This document shows positions 46,749 through 55,551 of a stretch of 64,000 nt of DNA, piece after piece. Within the stretch, counting starts at the first letter, position 1, and each line of letters starts with the position of its first letter. This stretch comes from a virus. The stretch spans positions 64,001-128,000 of IMG/VR virus record IMGVR_UViG_3300001533_002283; one strand, 5' to 3'. The translations under genes were made by a program, and so were the position numbers. The notes under the pieces are model-generated. The model searched no databases. It was not told the DNA's origin and saw nothing but the letters and a program-made list of their open reading frames with translations.

Positions 46749-48044
46749 ATGCATGTTTCTAAGTATAGTCTTTATCAGCTTAGGGGTTCTTCTATTCCTA
46801 ATCTGTCTTACTCTTCTGACCTTTCTTTCTTTAAGAGGTCTATTTGTGTTTATTGTTTTATATCGGAATCTAATCTTATTCGCATAACCGAATTTAATTG
46901 TTCTGATTTGGTAAAAATTAAATGCTTGGGTCTTTTAATGGAATTAAAGAAAAGGTCTCAGATTTACAGGGGAAATGCCGATGCGTTAAACCGGAACGAG
47001 GGTTGGGTTACTCTGAACTCGCAAATTCTTATTGAAAATTATGGATCGAGAGATTATCCGGCGGCTATTCGGGTGTTGCTTGAACTTGGTCTAATTGAGG
47101 AAGATATTAGGTATAAAATCAGAAAAAGAAGTGAGGGAATAGAGGGTTTTTCAAAATCCTACCGCCTAACGGAAAAGGCAAAAGAGGGCCGCGCCGCTTT
47201 TTATGTAAAATACACGGGGAAAATCACCGATTACTTGAATGGCCAGAAAAAGAAAAAGGGCGGCTCAGAGGATAAAAATCTTCTAGTTGATGTTTTGATG
47301 GAAAATTTACGCTCCGTTTCTCTTTGTGATACCCCCGCAAACATTACCGAAAAATATCCTTCAATAAAAACTCACGAAAGCGCCTGTTCGTTTGATACCC
47401 TTTGCGATATTCAAAACAAAGAGTTTTACATGATTGAATGCAAGAAAAGCGGGCGGCGATTCCACAACCTGTTAGGAGTGTCCAGAAATTCGCGCAGGGC
47501 GATACTTATAGATGGTGAAAAATGCGCCGAAGTTGACTACTCGGCATGTCACCCTTGGTTATGCTATAGTTTTTACGAAAAAACCGATTCTGATGAAAAA
47601 AAGGAATATCTGGCGGCTTTGAATTATGGGTTTTATAAATATATCGGGGATGGAATCTGCGCCGACATTTCAAACGATCAAAAATACCAAGATTTCAAAA
47701 TTTCTTGTATCGCGCAAATTTTTTACGATTGCCCGAGAGAAGAAGATGGGTTAAAGTTAAGATTTTTCAAATCGCGTTTTCCGAATTTGTATCACGTTAT
47801 TCAGTCAGAGAAACACAAGAGCAATAGTGATTTTGCATATAAGTTGCAAAAGATGGAGGCAAATGTTATGTTTGATGGCGCATTTTTCGGGCTTTTTAAG
47901 GAAAATATCAAAGCGGTTCCGATTCATGATGGGTTGATCTGTAAAAAAACAGATGCAGAGAGAGTTAAGTCTATCATGGAGAAAGAATTTTTCGCCATTT
48001 ATCAATATTTCCCAAAGGTAGGAATAAAGGACTTGACATACTAG
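46749..48044 (+). CDS. wHTH + PolA-superfamily palm protein (TV-Pol-like); start uncertain
   Basis: GRRFH, EVDYSACHP (motif A), K......FY (motif B), LQKMEA, PIHDGL (motif C). Confidence 0.65.
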   Translation: MHVSKYSLYQLRGSSIPNLSYSSDLSFFKRSICVYCFISESNLIRITEFNCSDLVKIKCLGLLMELKKRSQIYRGNADALNRNEGWVTLNSQILIENYGSRDYPAAIRVLLELGLIEEDIRYKIRKRSEGIEGFSKSYRLTEKAKEGRAAFYVKYTGKITDYLNGQKKKKGGSEDKNLLVDVLMENLRSVSLCDTPANITEKYPSIKTHESACSFDTLCDIQNKEFYMIECKKSGRRFHNLLGVSRNSRRAILIDGEKCAEVDYSACHPWLCYSFYEKTDSDEKKEYLAALNYGFYKYIGDGICADISNDQKYQDFKISCIAQIFYDCPREEDGLKLRFFKSRFPNLYHVIQSEKHKSNSDFAYKLQKMEANVMFDGAFFGLFKENIKAVPIHDGLICKKTDAERVKSIMEKEFFAIYQYFPKVGIKDLTY

Positions 48045-48061
48045 TGTTAATTGGCAAGCAT
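48033..48061 (+). promoter_or_regulatory. promoter TTGACA-N17-AAGCAT
   Basis: Motif 9 nt before the ATG at 48071. Confidence 0.55.
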
Positions 48062-48070
48062 ACTCTCACA

Positions 48071-48505
48071 ATGAGTTTCCAGACATATTCAATCCCAACC
48101 AAAATCGGAAGCATTGAGTTCTATCCGATTGGGTTCTTTTGGGAGAATAAAGAGGCGGCAAGCAGGCTTTCCATTTGCTCTTATTTTAGGGACGGTTCAA
48201 TTCGTCAACCAAAACCAAAAGATGATCCTGATGATTTTTTCCGCGCAGAGGCTCAATTGTATATTGATAATGTTATAAAAACACTAAAGCGTGAAAAAAG
48301 AGTCATTTACGTTAGTTTGATTGACTCAAAGTTTGTCGCGTTTTTTGATGAAACTCTTGGCAATCCAGACTCATTTATCAACGGAATTGGCCGTTTTATC
48401 TCTACAGGCGATATTCGCAAGTTTTGTTGTAACAATGATTTTGCCGAGTATTGTAAGATTTTGCGGCGGGAGAATGGGATCGAGATAGATTTTAAAAAAG
48501 AATAA
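48071..48505 (+). CDS. hypothetical protein
   Basis: Start moved to MSFQTY behind the promoter. Confidence 0.6.
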   Translation: MSFQTYSIPTKIGSIEFYPIGFFWENKEAASRLSICSYFRDGSIRQPKPKDDPDDFFRAEAQLYIDNVIKTLKREKRVIYVSLIDSKFVAFFDETLGNPDSFINGIGRFISTGDIRKFCCNNDFAEYCKILRRENGIEIDFKKE

Positions 48506-48506
48506 T

Positions 48507-48908
48507 ATGAAAGATACAAAAGAGAGTTCTTCTATTTTTTACGTGCCAAGTATTAAGTTTGGGTATTTTTATGTCTGCCCTTTGCGGGAAGAATCCTTCA
48601 ACCTTGAAGACTCGGTAGAATGCCTCTTAACACCAGACATTGAGCGCATTTTGTCGCCCGCTGATTCACGGAAAACCATTGCACGAATTTTAGTAGCGAA
48701 TATCATCAAGCATGCGAGAACAGTAATTAAGGACAAGAAGTTCTATATTCACTCTTATTTTAACAAAAATTTTGTATTTTATTCCGTTGGGGAAGTAGCT
48801 TCCGAAGCTCAGGCAACAAAACTTGTTAAAGAAATTGATTCCCACCCTTCAACTTTCCCCGCAAACGAGCTGTTTTTTGAGAAAATTAAAAAATTTTCTA
48901 GTGAATAA
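48507..48908 (+). CDS. hypothetical protein
   Basis: Tightly packed ORF. Confidence 0.6.
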   Translation: MKDTKESSSIFYVPSIKFGYFYVCPLREESFNLEDSVECLLTPDIERILSPADSRKTIARILVANIIKHARTVIKDKKFYIHSYFNKNFVFYSVGEVASEAQATKLVKEIDSHPSTFPANELFFEKIKKFSSE

Positions 48909-48913
48909 TTCCC

Positions 48914-49174
48914 ATGCCTCCCGAACTCCAATTAGCCTTCACACTTTTCTTCCTCTTCTGGTTATTGAACCATAGTTTGATTCTCGCAAGTTTTAAGGAA
49001 AAACTTTTTGGTGTTTTACCGGAGAAAGTGAAATATGCTTTAGAGTGCCCAATTTGTATCTCATTTTGGATTTTGCTACCCATCAACTACTTACAAAACA
49101 ACCCGCTCCACTACCAACTAAGCATCCCCGCGATTGTCATGTTCCTTGAGTTGATTCGGGCAAAATTAGCTTAA
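48914..49174 (+). CDS. small membrane protein (DUF1360-like)
   Basis: Hydrophobic, L.CP.C.SFW. Confidence 0.55.
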   Translation: MPPELQLAFTLFFLFWLLNHSLILASFKEKLFGVLPEKVKYALECPICISFWILLPINYLQNNPLHYQLSIPAIVMFLELIRAKLA

Positions 49175-49180
49175 CCCCTT

Positions 49181-49705
49181 ATGAGCAACACGATGTTTGA
49201 CAAAGTGAAAATCGAAGGAAAACCCTACACGAAAGGCGATTGGCGAAAATATGCAGTTCACACGGACACCGAAATAAAAGGTTTCTTTGGCGATTATCGT
49301 TTTCTTTCAAATATGTGGCCGGTTAACGTCTATGGTTTTCCCTCGGTCGAGAACGCATACATGGCCGCGAAAATTGTTAAAGAGGAAAGGGATTATTTCA
49401 AGACTTGTTCGCCCTATGAAGCAAAGAAAAATTGGCGGAAGTTTAAACTGATTGATTCCACCCCTGCCGATTGGGATAATAGAAAGTTTGACGTAATGAG
49501 CAGGTTAGTTTTTGAAAAGTTTTTAGTCGATAAGGCGTTACGGGCAAAATTGCTTGAAACAGAGGATAAATACTTGGAGGAAAAAAATTTTTGGAACGAC
49601 TCCTACTGGGGGTGCGACATTAAAAGGGGCGGATTTAACCACTTGGGGGAAATCCTCATGGGTGTTCGCGCGTTTTGGCAAACTCAAACCGATATAAAAC
49701 TATGA
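49181..49705 (+). CDS. NADAR (YbiA-like) family protein
   Basis: F...YRFLSN, SVENAYMAAK, W...K..VM.....KF, LLET, W.DSYWG, G.N.LGEILM.VR. Confidence 0.9.
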   Translation: MSNTMFDKVKIEGKPYTKGDWRKYAVHTDTEIKGFFGDYRFLSNMWPVNVYGFPSVENAYMAAKIVKEERDYFKTCSPYEAKKNWRKFKLIDSTPADWDNRKFDVMSRLVFEKFLVDKALRAKLLETEDKYLEEKNFWNDSYWGCDIKRGGFNHLGEILMGVRAFWQTQTDIKL

Positions 49706-50307
49706 CCAATATTTCCACCTCCTCCCTCTCCTCCCTCTCCGACCTAGACTTAATCCAAGAGGTCAAAATCAACAACAATTCCACCGCAATTTCCATCCTG
49801 ACCGACCGCCACAGTGGAGTTTACCACACGATTGCTAATCAATATAAGTTTAACCCCTATGTATGTTATCCCGATGTGATAAAAAATAAGGATTTTGTGG
49901 TATGGCAAGCAGCGATAAAATACGATGCGGGGAAAGGTAGTTTTGCCAATCTCGTTGCCAACATGGCGCGTTATGAGTGTTACTCCATGATTAACGAGAG
50001 TAAAAAATATCGGGTGAACCAACGGGCGGGACTAGAAGACGCGGCGGAACTACCCCAAGAGAATGACAAAGGTGAACTCACCCATATGGTTAGCTACATC
50101 GAGGAGATTTTACCAGACGACCCGAAAACAAAAAAGATTATCATGGACCGTTTTGTTAATGGCGGGGCAAAACCGACCCCTTGGCGCGAAGTGGCGAAGA
50201 AGAACGGGATGAGCCATTGGGGGTGCGTGTTGCGGGCGCGGGATGCAATTAAGGAGATTCAGGGAAAGATGCGAAGTGAATTTAGAGATTTGCCAAAAAT
50301 TGATTAG
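49702..50307 (+). CDS. phage sigma70-like transcription factor
   Basis: SDL.LI, A...L..RH, AAIKYD..KG.F region 2; II..RF...W.EVA region 4 HTH. Confidence 0.7.
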   Translation: MTNISTSSLSSLSDLDLIQEVKINNNSTAISILTDRHSGVYHTIANQYKFNPYVCYPDVIKNKDFVVWQAAIKYDAGKGSFANLVANMARYECYSMINESKKYRVNQRAGLEDAAELPQENDKGELTHMVSYIEEILPDDPKTKKIIMDRFVNGGAKPTPWREVAKKNGMSHWGCVLRARDAIKEIQGKMRSEFRDLPKID

Positions 50308-50318
50308 TTTGAAAGTAT
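50290..50318 (+). promoter_or_regulatory. promoter TTGCCA-N17-AAGTAT
   Basis: Same hexamers as the promoter at 53606. Confidence 0.55.
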
Positions 50319-50327
50319 ATTTTCACA

Positions 50328-51410
50328 ATGATTAACGTTAATGTAGCGATCAATAATCTCTCGCTTGGCTATTGTGGTTATCAAATCACTTCGCAATTGC
50401 TCAAACAAGGCATCTCATTTAATTTTCAAAACCTTGGTAATGAGGTAGATACGTCGTGTTATAACAAACGTGCGTTCAACTACGACGCCACAATATCCTC
50501 AAAACTTCAATCTTTCCGCAAGAATTATTCCCGCCGCGACCCCACGTTAATGTGTTGGCATTTGAACGGAAGTCAAAACACCATCGGCACCGGTAACCAC
50601 CTCTTTACCTTTCACGAACTAGACTCCCTCACCCCCGCCGAAGTTAACGTCGCTAACAACCAAGAACAAATTTTTGTTTCCTCGCGCGAGTCGGTAGAAG
50701 TGTTTAAGGAATATGGGGTGACGGTCCCCGTTTCGTATATTCCCCTCGGTTACGACACCGACCATTTTTACCCCACGGGACGGAAATATCTTAAAGGTGC
50801 GACCGTCTTTGGCATTTTTGGCAAATTTGAGAAGAGAAAAAACACTGCGAAAACTATTCGTGCGTGGTTGAAAAAGTTTGGTAACAACCCTGCGTATCGC
50901 CTTCACTGTTTTATCTACAACCCGTTTTTTACCGCCGAACAGAATAAAGAAATTGCGTTGAAAATTGTTGAGGGTAAGGACTATAATAACATTAACTTCT
51001 TTGGTTACACCAAGACTCTCGTGGAACTTAACGATGCTTTTAACTGCTGCGATGTTGTCTTAGACATGAGTGGCGGGGAAGGATTTTCACTCGGTTCTTT
51101 TCATTGCGTAGGTATGGATAAACGCGCAGTAATCCATAATGTAACCGCCATGAAAGATTGGGCGATTGATTCGCCTAATGTAAAATTGGTAGAACCTTGT
51201 GAGAAAAATCCTGCCGCTGACGGGGTGTTTTTTGCAAAAGAGGGAGAGTTCAACATCGGCAATATCTACGGGTGGAATGAAGATGAATTTTTGGGCGCGC
51301 TGGATGAGATTGTAAAAATAGAGAGCGTTCCGGTTCGAGATGAATTTACCAAGAAATACTCATGGGAAAATACGGTGAATGAGATTTTAACAAAAATGGG
51401 AGTAAAATAA
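50328..51410 (+). CDS. GT4 glycosyltransferase
   Basis: IPLGYD...F.P, GKFEKRKN, S.GEGFSL, YSW. Confidence 0.85.
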   Translation: MINVNVAINNLSLGYCGYQITSQLLKQGISFNFQNLGNEVDTSCYNKRAFNYDATISSKLQSFRKNYSRRDPTLMCWHLNGSQNTIGTGNHLFTFHELDSLTPAEVNVANNQEQIFVSSRESVEVFKEYGVTVPVSYIPLGYDTDHFYPTGRKYLKGATVFGIFGKFEKRKNTAKTIRAWLKKFGNNPAYRLHCFIYNPFFTAEQNKEIALKIVEGKDYNNINFFGYTKTLVELNDAFNCCDVVLDMSGGEGFSLGSFHCVGMDKRAVIHNVTAMKDWAIDSPNVKLVEPCEKNPAADGVFFAKEGEFNIGNIYGWNEDEFLGALDEIVKIESVPVRDEFTKKYSWENTVNEILTKMGVK

Positions 51411-51415
51411 AATTT

Positions 51416-51802
51416 ATGAGACAGCTAACAGATCACAAACTAAACGGGCTGAATGACGCCCTAAATATCACCGTTATTGATGAACGCGGCGCGGGTAATG
51501 CCAATTATGTCTATGAAATCACTTTGCCTGATTGGACTAGAGACCCTGATGGAAATAATGCTCACAATATCTGGACGATCAACTTTCAGAACGGCCCGAT
51601 TAAAGAGGCTGGGTTTAACGGCGTGTCTGGTGAGGCACTATTAGCAATTCTTATAGACCAATTACGCGGATTTCAGTCGGGCGAATATGCCTGTCGGGAT
51701 AACGACATGGCGTTGGCACACCTTGAAGCGGCTCTGTTTTGGTTACAAAAACGCACAAGGGAGCGACTGAATCGCGGAGTCGAGGGAACAAGTGCTAAAT
51801 AA
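51416..51802 (+). CDS. tad1: Tad1-like anti-Thoeris/anti-CBASS signal sponge
   Basis: G.GNA...Y.I, I.FQ.GP.KE...NGV..E.LL.I..D.L..FQ.G..ACR.N..AL.HLE.AL.WL..RT..R..RGVEGT..K. Confidence 0.82.
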   Translation: MRQLTDHKLNGLNDALNITVIDERGAGNANYVYEITLPDWTRDPDGNNAHNIWTINFQNGPIKEAGFNGVSGEALLAILIDQLRGFQSGEYACRDNDMALAHLEAALFWLQKRTRERLNRGVEGTSAK

Positions 51803-51864
51803 TTCACTTTCTCCCTAAAAATCTGTATAAATTCTTTAAGGTAACTAGGTAAAATTAACACATC

Positions 51865-52299
51865 ATGGCCCTCTACATCTTCGAACACCCCCAAACTGGC
51901 GAAACTCGCGAGGTATATTTCAAGCTGGACGACAAAAAAGAGTATTTTGGCGAGGAAGATGAAGATAAAATCAAGTGGCACCGTCGTTTCACCATTCCTT
52001 ATGCCGCCTCTAACACGAAAATCTCCGACCCCTTTTCTCAAAAAGATTTTGTAAACTCTACCGATAAGAAAAATATTACCTTTGGCGAAATGTGGGATGC
52101 GAGCGCCGCCATGTCCGAAAAGCGTGCCAAAATCAATGGCGAAGACCCTGTTAAATCCCAATATTATGATAAATACGCGGAGAATCGCAACGGCTTAAAA
52201 CATTTAAGAGACGGGCGGGAAAAGAAAGCGGTTCAAGAAAAGTTTGGCAAAACCAAGAAACCAAAAGCTCCGCCACAACCCAAACGCGGGCGCGGGTAA
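51865..52299 (+). CDS. FmdB-like ribbon protein without cysteines
   Basis: M.LY.F....TGE..EV...W.R.F..P. Confidence 0.5.
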   Translation: MALYIFEHPQTGETREVYFKLDDKKEYFGEEDEDKIKWHRRFTIPYAASNTKISDPFSQKDFVNSTDKKNITFGEMWDASAAMSEKRAKINGEDPVKSQYYDKYAENRNGLKHLRDGREKKAVQEKFGKTKKPKAPPQPKRGRG

Positions 52300-52322
52300 A
52301 TTTAATAATATAACACCCTAAC

Positions 52323-52769
52323 ATGCCTTACTCACCCATTTCAGTTCGACAAATTAATCAAGGGGAACTTTCTGGTTTTACCGACCAATATGTTCAGGCG
52401 TTCGCGGTGGGCCTAACCGGCAATCAGGTAATCTCCGGTCAAAAGACTTTTATCAATGTATTAGTCCCGGCGGCGGGCTTCCTCTATAACAAAAACTACG
52501 TCAATGGTAGTTACACCGTCGATCAAAACGATTATTTTATCTGTGTAAATGCCAGCGGTTCGCAAAAAACCTTAACTTTCCCCCAAACTGGTTTTCTGAT
52601 GGGTAAAGAATATATTGTGAAAGACTTTCTTGGTTTGTCTCAAACTAATCCTATCACACTTACCGGAAGCGGCGTTACTTTCGATTATCAACCCTCTTTA
52701 ACAATTTCTGGAAATTTCGCCTCGCTCTATCTCGTTGGTGGTAGCGGGTTTAACTACGAAGTTAATTAA
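52323..52769 (+). CDS. small putative virion/fibre protein
   Basis: TGNQVISGQKTF fibre motif; YTV...D..I.VN......TLT.P...G..Y.VKD. Confidence 0.6.
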   Translation: MPYSPISVRQINQGELSGFTDQYVQAFAVGLTGNQVISGQKTFINVLVPAAGFLYNKNYVNGSYTVDQNDYFICVNASGSQKTLTFPQTGFLMGKEYIVKDFLGLSQTNPITLTGSGVTFDYQPSLTISGNFASLYLVGGSGFNYEVN

Positions 52770-52783
52770 CTCGAATTTTCATC

Positions 52784-52812
52784 TTGACTTTTTCTCTTAA
52801 CAGGGGAATACT
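52784..52812 (+). promoter_or_regulatory. promoter TTGACT-N17-AATACT
   Basis: Motif upstream of the SSB-like gene. Confidence 0.6.
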
Positions 52813-52870
52813 ACAAAACGTAAACTAAAATAAACACAAAACACAATACTAACCTAAATAAAATATCACT

Positions 52871-53545
52871 ATGCCTATTGGAAACCCAAATCGAAGCGAC
52901 AGTAACAAGAAAATGATTTTCGTGAATGTTATCACGAAAGACGAGAATGATATGGACGTAAAGCCCTACTTCTCTTTCAAAGCCGGAATCGGCGAAGATA
53001 AAGACGGTAAGAAACAATACGAGGAAATCGCCAAGGATAATTCCTTTAGCGGTTCGCTCGTCAAGGTTGAGCCTTACGAAAAGGAAATTAAGTCTAAGGG
53101 TATCAAGCAGCCCCGCGTTAAGGTTCTTTTTGAAGATGAAGATAGCGTCTACTATATGGATTTGAGTTATACGATTCTTTCGCGCTCTTTCTTTAACTCT
53201 CTCCTCTCCCTCAACTCTACCGAAGACCTTTCTCTTTCTATCTATCAGACTAAGCCTAATGATAAGGGCAAGGTTTATCCCCAGATGAGTCTGCGCCAAG
53301 GGGCCGCCAAGGACAACATGGTTCGTTGGCTCTATGAGCGTTCTGAACTGCCCGAGATTAAGAAAGTTAAGGTCAAGGGTCAGGAAATGAGCGATACCGA
53401 AGATGTTGATAATTTCTTCCGTGATAAGTTGAGTGAGAAGTTTGCCGAGATTAGCAAGCTGGGTGGTTCTGCACCCGCCCCAAAGGCAAAGAAGGAAAGT
53501 AAGGCTAGTGATGAATCTTTAGCAGATTCCGATCTGCCTTTTTAA
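52871..53545 (+). CDS. putative single-stranded DNA-binding protein
   Basis: Beta-rich body, flexible linker, acidic DSDLPF C-terminus; own promoter and terminator. Confidence 0.65.
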   Translation: MPIGNPNRSDSNKKMIFVNVITKDENDMDVKPYFSFKAGIGEDKDGKKQYEEIAKDNSFSGSLVKVEPYEKEIKSKGIKQPRVKVLFEDEDSVYYMDLSYTILSRSFFNSLLSLNSTEDLSLSIYQTKPNDKGKVYPQMSLRQGAAKDNMVRWLYERSELPEIKKVKVKGQEMSDTEDVDNFFRDKLSEKFAEISKLGGSAPAPKAKKESKASDESLADSDLPF

Positions 53546-53574
53546 AAAGTCTTAACCTTAAATAACAACTCAAA

Positions 53575-53604
53575 GCCGCATGGTGATAAACCTTGCGGTT
53601 TTTT
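53575..53604 (+). terminator. intrinsic terminator
   Basis: GCCGCA.GG-loop-CC.TGCGGT followed by a T-tract. Confidence 0.7.
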
Positions 53605-53605
53605 A

Positions 53606-53634
53606 TTGCCAAAAAGCACCTCACTTTCAAGTAT
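53606..53634 (+). promoter_or_regulatory. promoter TTGCCA-N17-AAGTAT, ATG 6 nt downstream
   Basis: Immediately after the terminator. Confidence 0.6.
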
Positions 53635-53640
53635 AACATC

Positions 53641-55545
53641 ATGGGTAAAAAAGTTATTGCGATTCAAACCGATGGACCAATGCGTAAAAGCGGATTAGGC
53701 AGAAATGGTAAAGCTCTCGCCAAGTATCTCCATAACACGGGTAAGTATGAAGTCGTTTACTTTGCCCAACAAGGTTACACTTATGACGACAACGAGTTAA
53801 AGAAACTACCTTTTCGCGCGCACGGGATTCTTCCTAATAATCAAAACGAACTAATTGCCGCGCAAAATGACCCGACAAAATTTCGTGATGCAACTTACGG
53901 GAATCTTTGCATCGACCAATTTGTAAAAGACGTTAAGCCCTTTGCCATGATTTTTTCCAATGATTCATGGGCTTTTCCTTATCAATCGCGCCCTTGGTGG
54001 AATAAATTTCATTGCTTGCCACACATTACCCTAGATTCTCTTCCTTTTCAAAAATCCCAAACAGAGTTTATTAAAAAGTCCAAAACCCACTACGTTTGGG
54101 CAAAGTTTGCGGAAGAAGAGGCTGTTAGAATCGGACTCAACAATGTTAAAACTATTCCCGCGATTATTGACGATGAGTATTTCAAACCGCTTGGTCGGGA
54201 AGCAAAATATCAGTTGAAAAAGAAACATGGTATCGACCAAGACACTTTCATAATCGGTTTTGTTTTTCGTAATCAGTTAAGAAAAGAGGTAAAGCCCCTT
54301 CTTGAAGGTTTCGCACAATTTAAGAAACTTCACCCAAAAGCAAAAGTTAAATTACTTCTCCATACTAATTTTAATGAAGGCTGGCGAATTTTTGATTTTC
54401 TTGAGGAGTTAAACATTCCCGCCTCTGACATTCTCACTACTTACTACTGCAAAGAGTGCGGCGAATACGAGATTAAGACCCCTGCCGGTTCAAATCTTCC
54501 CTGCAAATATTGTGGCGCGAAAAAATCTCAAGACTATTGCGGGATTCATGGCGGTGTTAATGAGGAACAGTTAAACGAGGTATATAATCTCATGGATGGT
54601 TATTGTCACCCTGCAAATGCTGGTGGGTGCGAAATGCCCATTATTGAGGCTCTTTATGCCGGTTTACCCATTTCTACTGTCAGTTACGCCTTTGGCAAGA
54701 CCTTTACTGACGAACCATTTTGTCACACTATTGAACATGCTTGGACTGTTCAAGATGGGACACAATTTAAGCGGGCATGCCCCCACCCCGAATCAATTCA
54801 AGATTTTATCTCATTTTTATACTTCACCCCGATTGACGAGAGGGAAGAAATTGGTGAAGAAGGTAGAGAGTTCGCCTTAAATACTTTTTCTCCCAAAGTG
54901 GTCGGCGCACAATGGGAAAAGGCGATTGATTCGCTTCCCGATTTTTCCTACGATTATGAGTTTGCCGAGAAGGAGAAAAATCCGAATTACCCTATGCCAG
55001 TTGGCGTGAGTGACGACGAGTTCGTAACACTTTTATACAACAATGTATTGTTCCAACCTGAACCAGAAGATGGGGATGGTCGCAAACACTGGCTAAAGAC
55101 TCTGGCGGGCGGTATTCCACGAGAGGAAGTTTATAAGTTTTTTATCAATGTAGCATTAAATGACAATGCGAAGAATAAAAAAGTAAAGTTAACCGACTTT
55201 TTTGACAAGGATGATGAAGGCAGGCGTGCATTGTTTTACGTGGAGGGAAATGCCGAGGATGTGTTTTTGACCACCGCGTTACTCCAAGATTTTAAGCAAA
55301 TTCACCCCAACTTTAACATTTACTTTTCTTGCGGGGAAGACCATAAGATTTTGTTGAAAGGTAATCCTTATATCCATAAACTGTTACCTCTAATACCGGA
55401 ATTTGGCGATGCTACAATTATGAAGGGGGTTGTGACGGGAGAAAAAATAATCAACTATCTTTATATTCCAAATTTACAAACGGCAAAAGTTCCCACCAGA
55501 CTTGGAGAAGATGCGGAAGAGTTAAATAAAACCCTTATTAAATAA
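53641..55545 (+). CDS. multidomain GT4 glycosyltransferase (Zn ribbon insert, DUF4214-like domain, GT9-like N-half at the C-terminus)
   Basis: SGLG, RNQLRK, CKEC..CKYC, GGCEMPIIEA, DDEFV..LY..VL...P...G..HW, EDV.LTT.LL...K..HP...GNPYI. Confidence 0.8.
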   Translation: MGKKVIAIQTDGPMRKSGLGRNGKALAKYLHNTGKYEVVYFAQQGYTYDDNELKKLPFRAHGILPNNQNELIAAQNDPTKFRDATYGNLCIDQFVKDVKPFAMIFSNDSWAFPYQSRPWWNKFHCLPHITLDSLPFQKSQTEFIKKSKTHYVWAKFAEEEAVRIGLNNVKTIPAIIDDEYFKPLGREAKYQLKKKHGIDQDTFIIGFVFRNQLRKEVKPLLEGFAQFKKLHPKAKVKLLLHTNFNEGWRIFDFLEELNIPASDILTTYYCKECGEYEIKTPAGSNLPCKYCGAKKSQDYCGIHGGVNEEQLNEVYNLMDGYCHPANAGGCEMPIIEALYAGLPISTVSYAFGKTFTDEPFCHTIEHAWTVQDGTQFKRACPHPESIQDFISFLYFTPIDEREEIGEEGREFALNTFSPKVVGAQWEKAIDSLPDFSYDYEFAEKEKNPNYPMPVGVSDDEFVTLLYNNVLFQPEPEDGDGRKHWLKTLAGGIPREEVYKFFINVALNDNAKNKKVKLTDFFDKDDEGRRALFYVEGNAEDVFLTTALLQDFKQIHPNFNIYFSCGEDHKILLKGNPYIHKLLPLIPEFGDATIMKGVVTGEKIINYLYIPNLQTAKVPTRLGEDAEELNKTLIK

Positions 55546-55551
55546 CACACT

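Noticed and set aside
46702-46887. 61-aa hydrophobic ORF as a toxin or membrane peptide
   Set aside because: Hydrophobicity follows from the T-rich DNA; it overlaps the polymerase-like frame and lacks independent support
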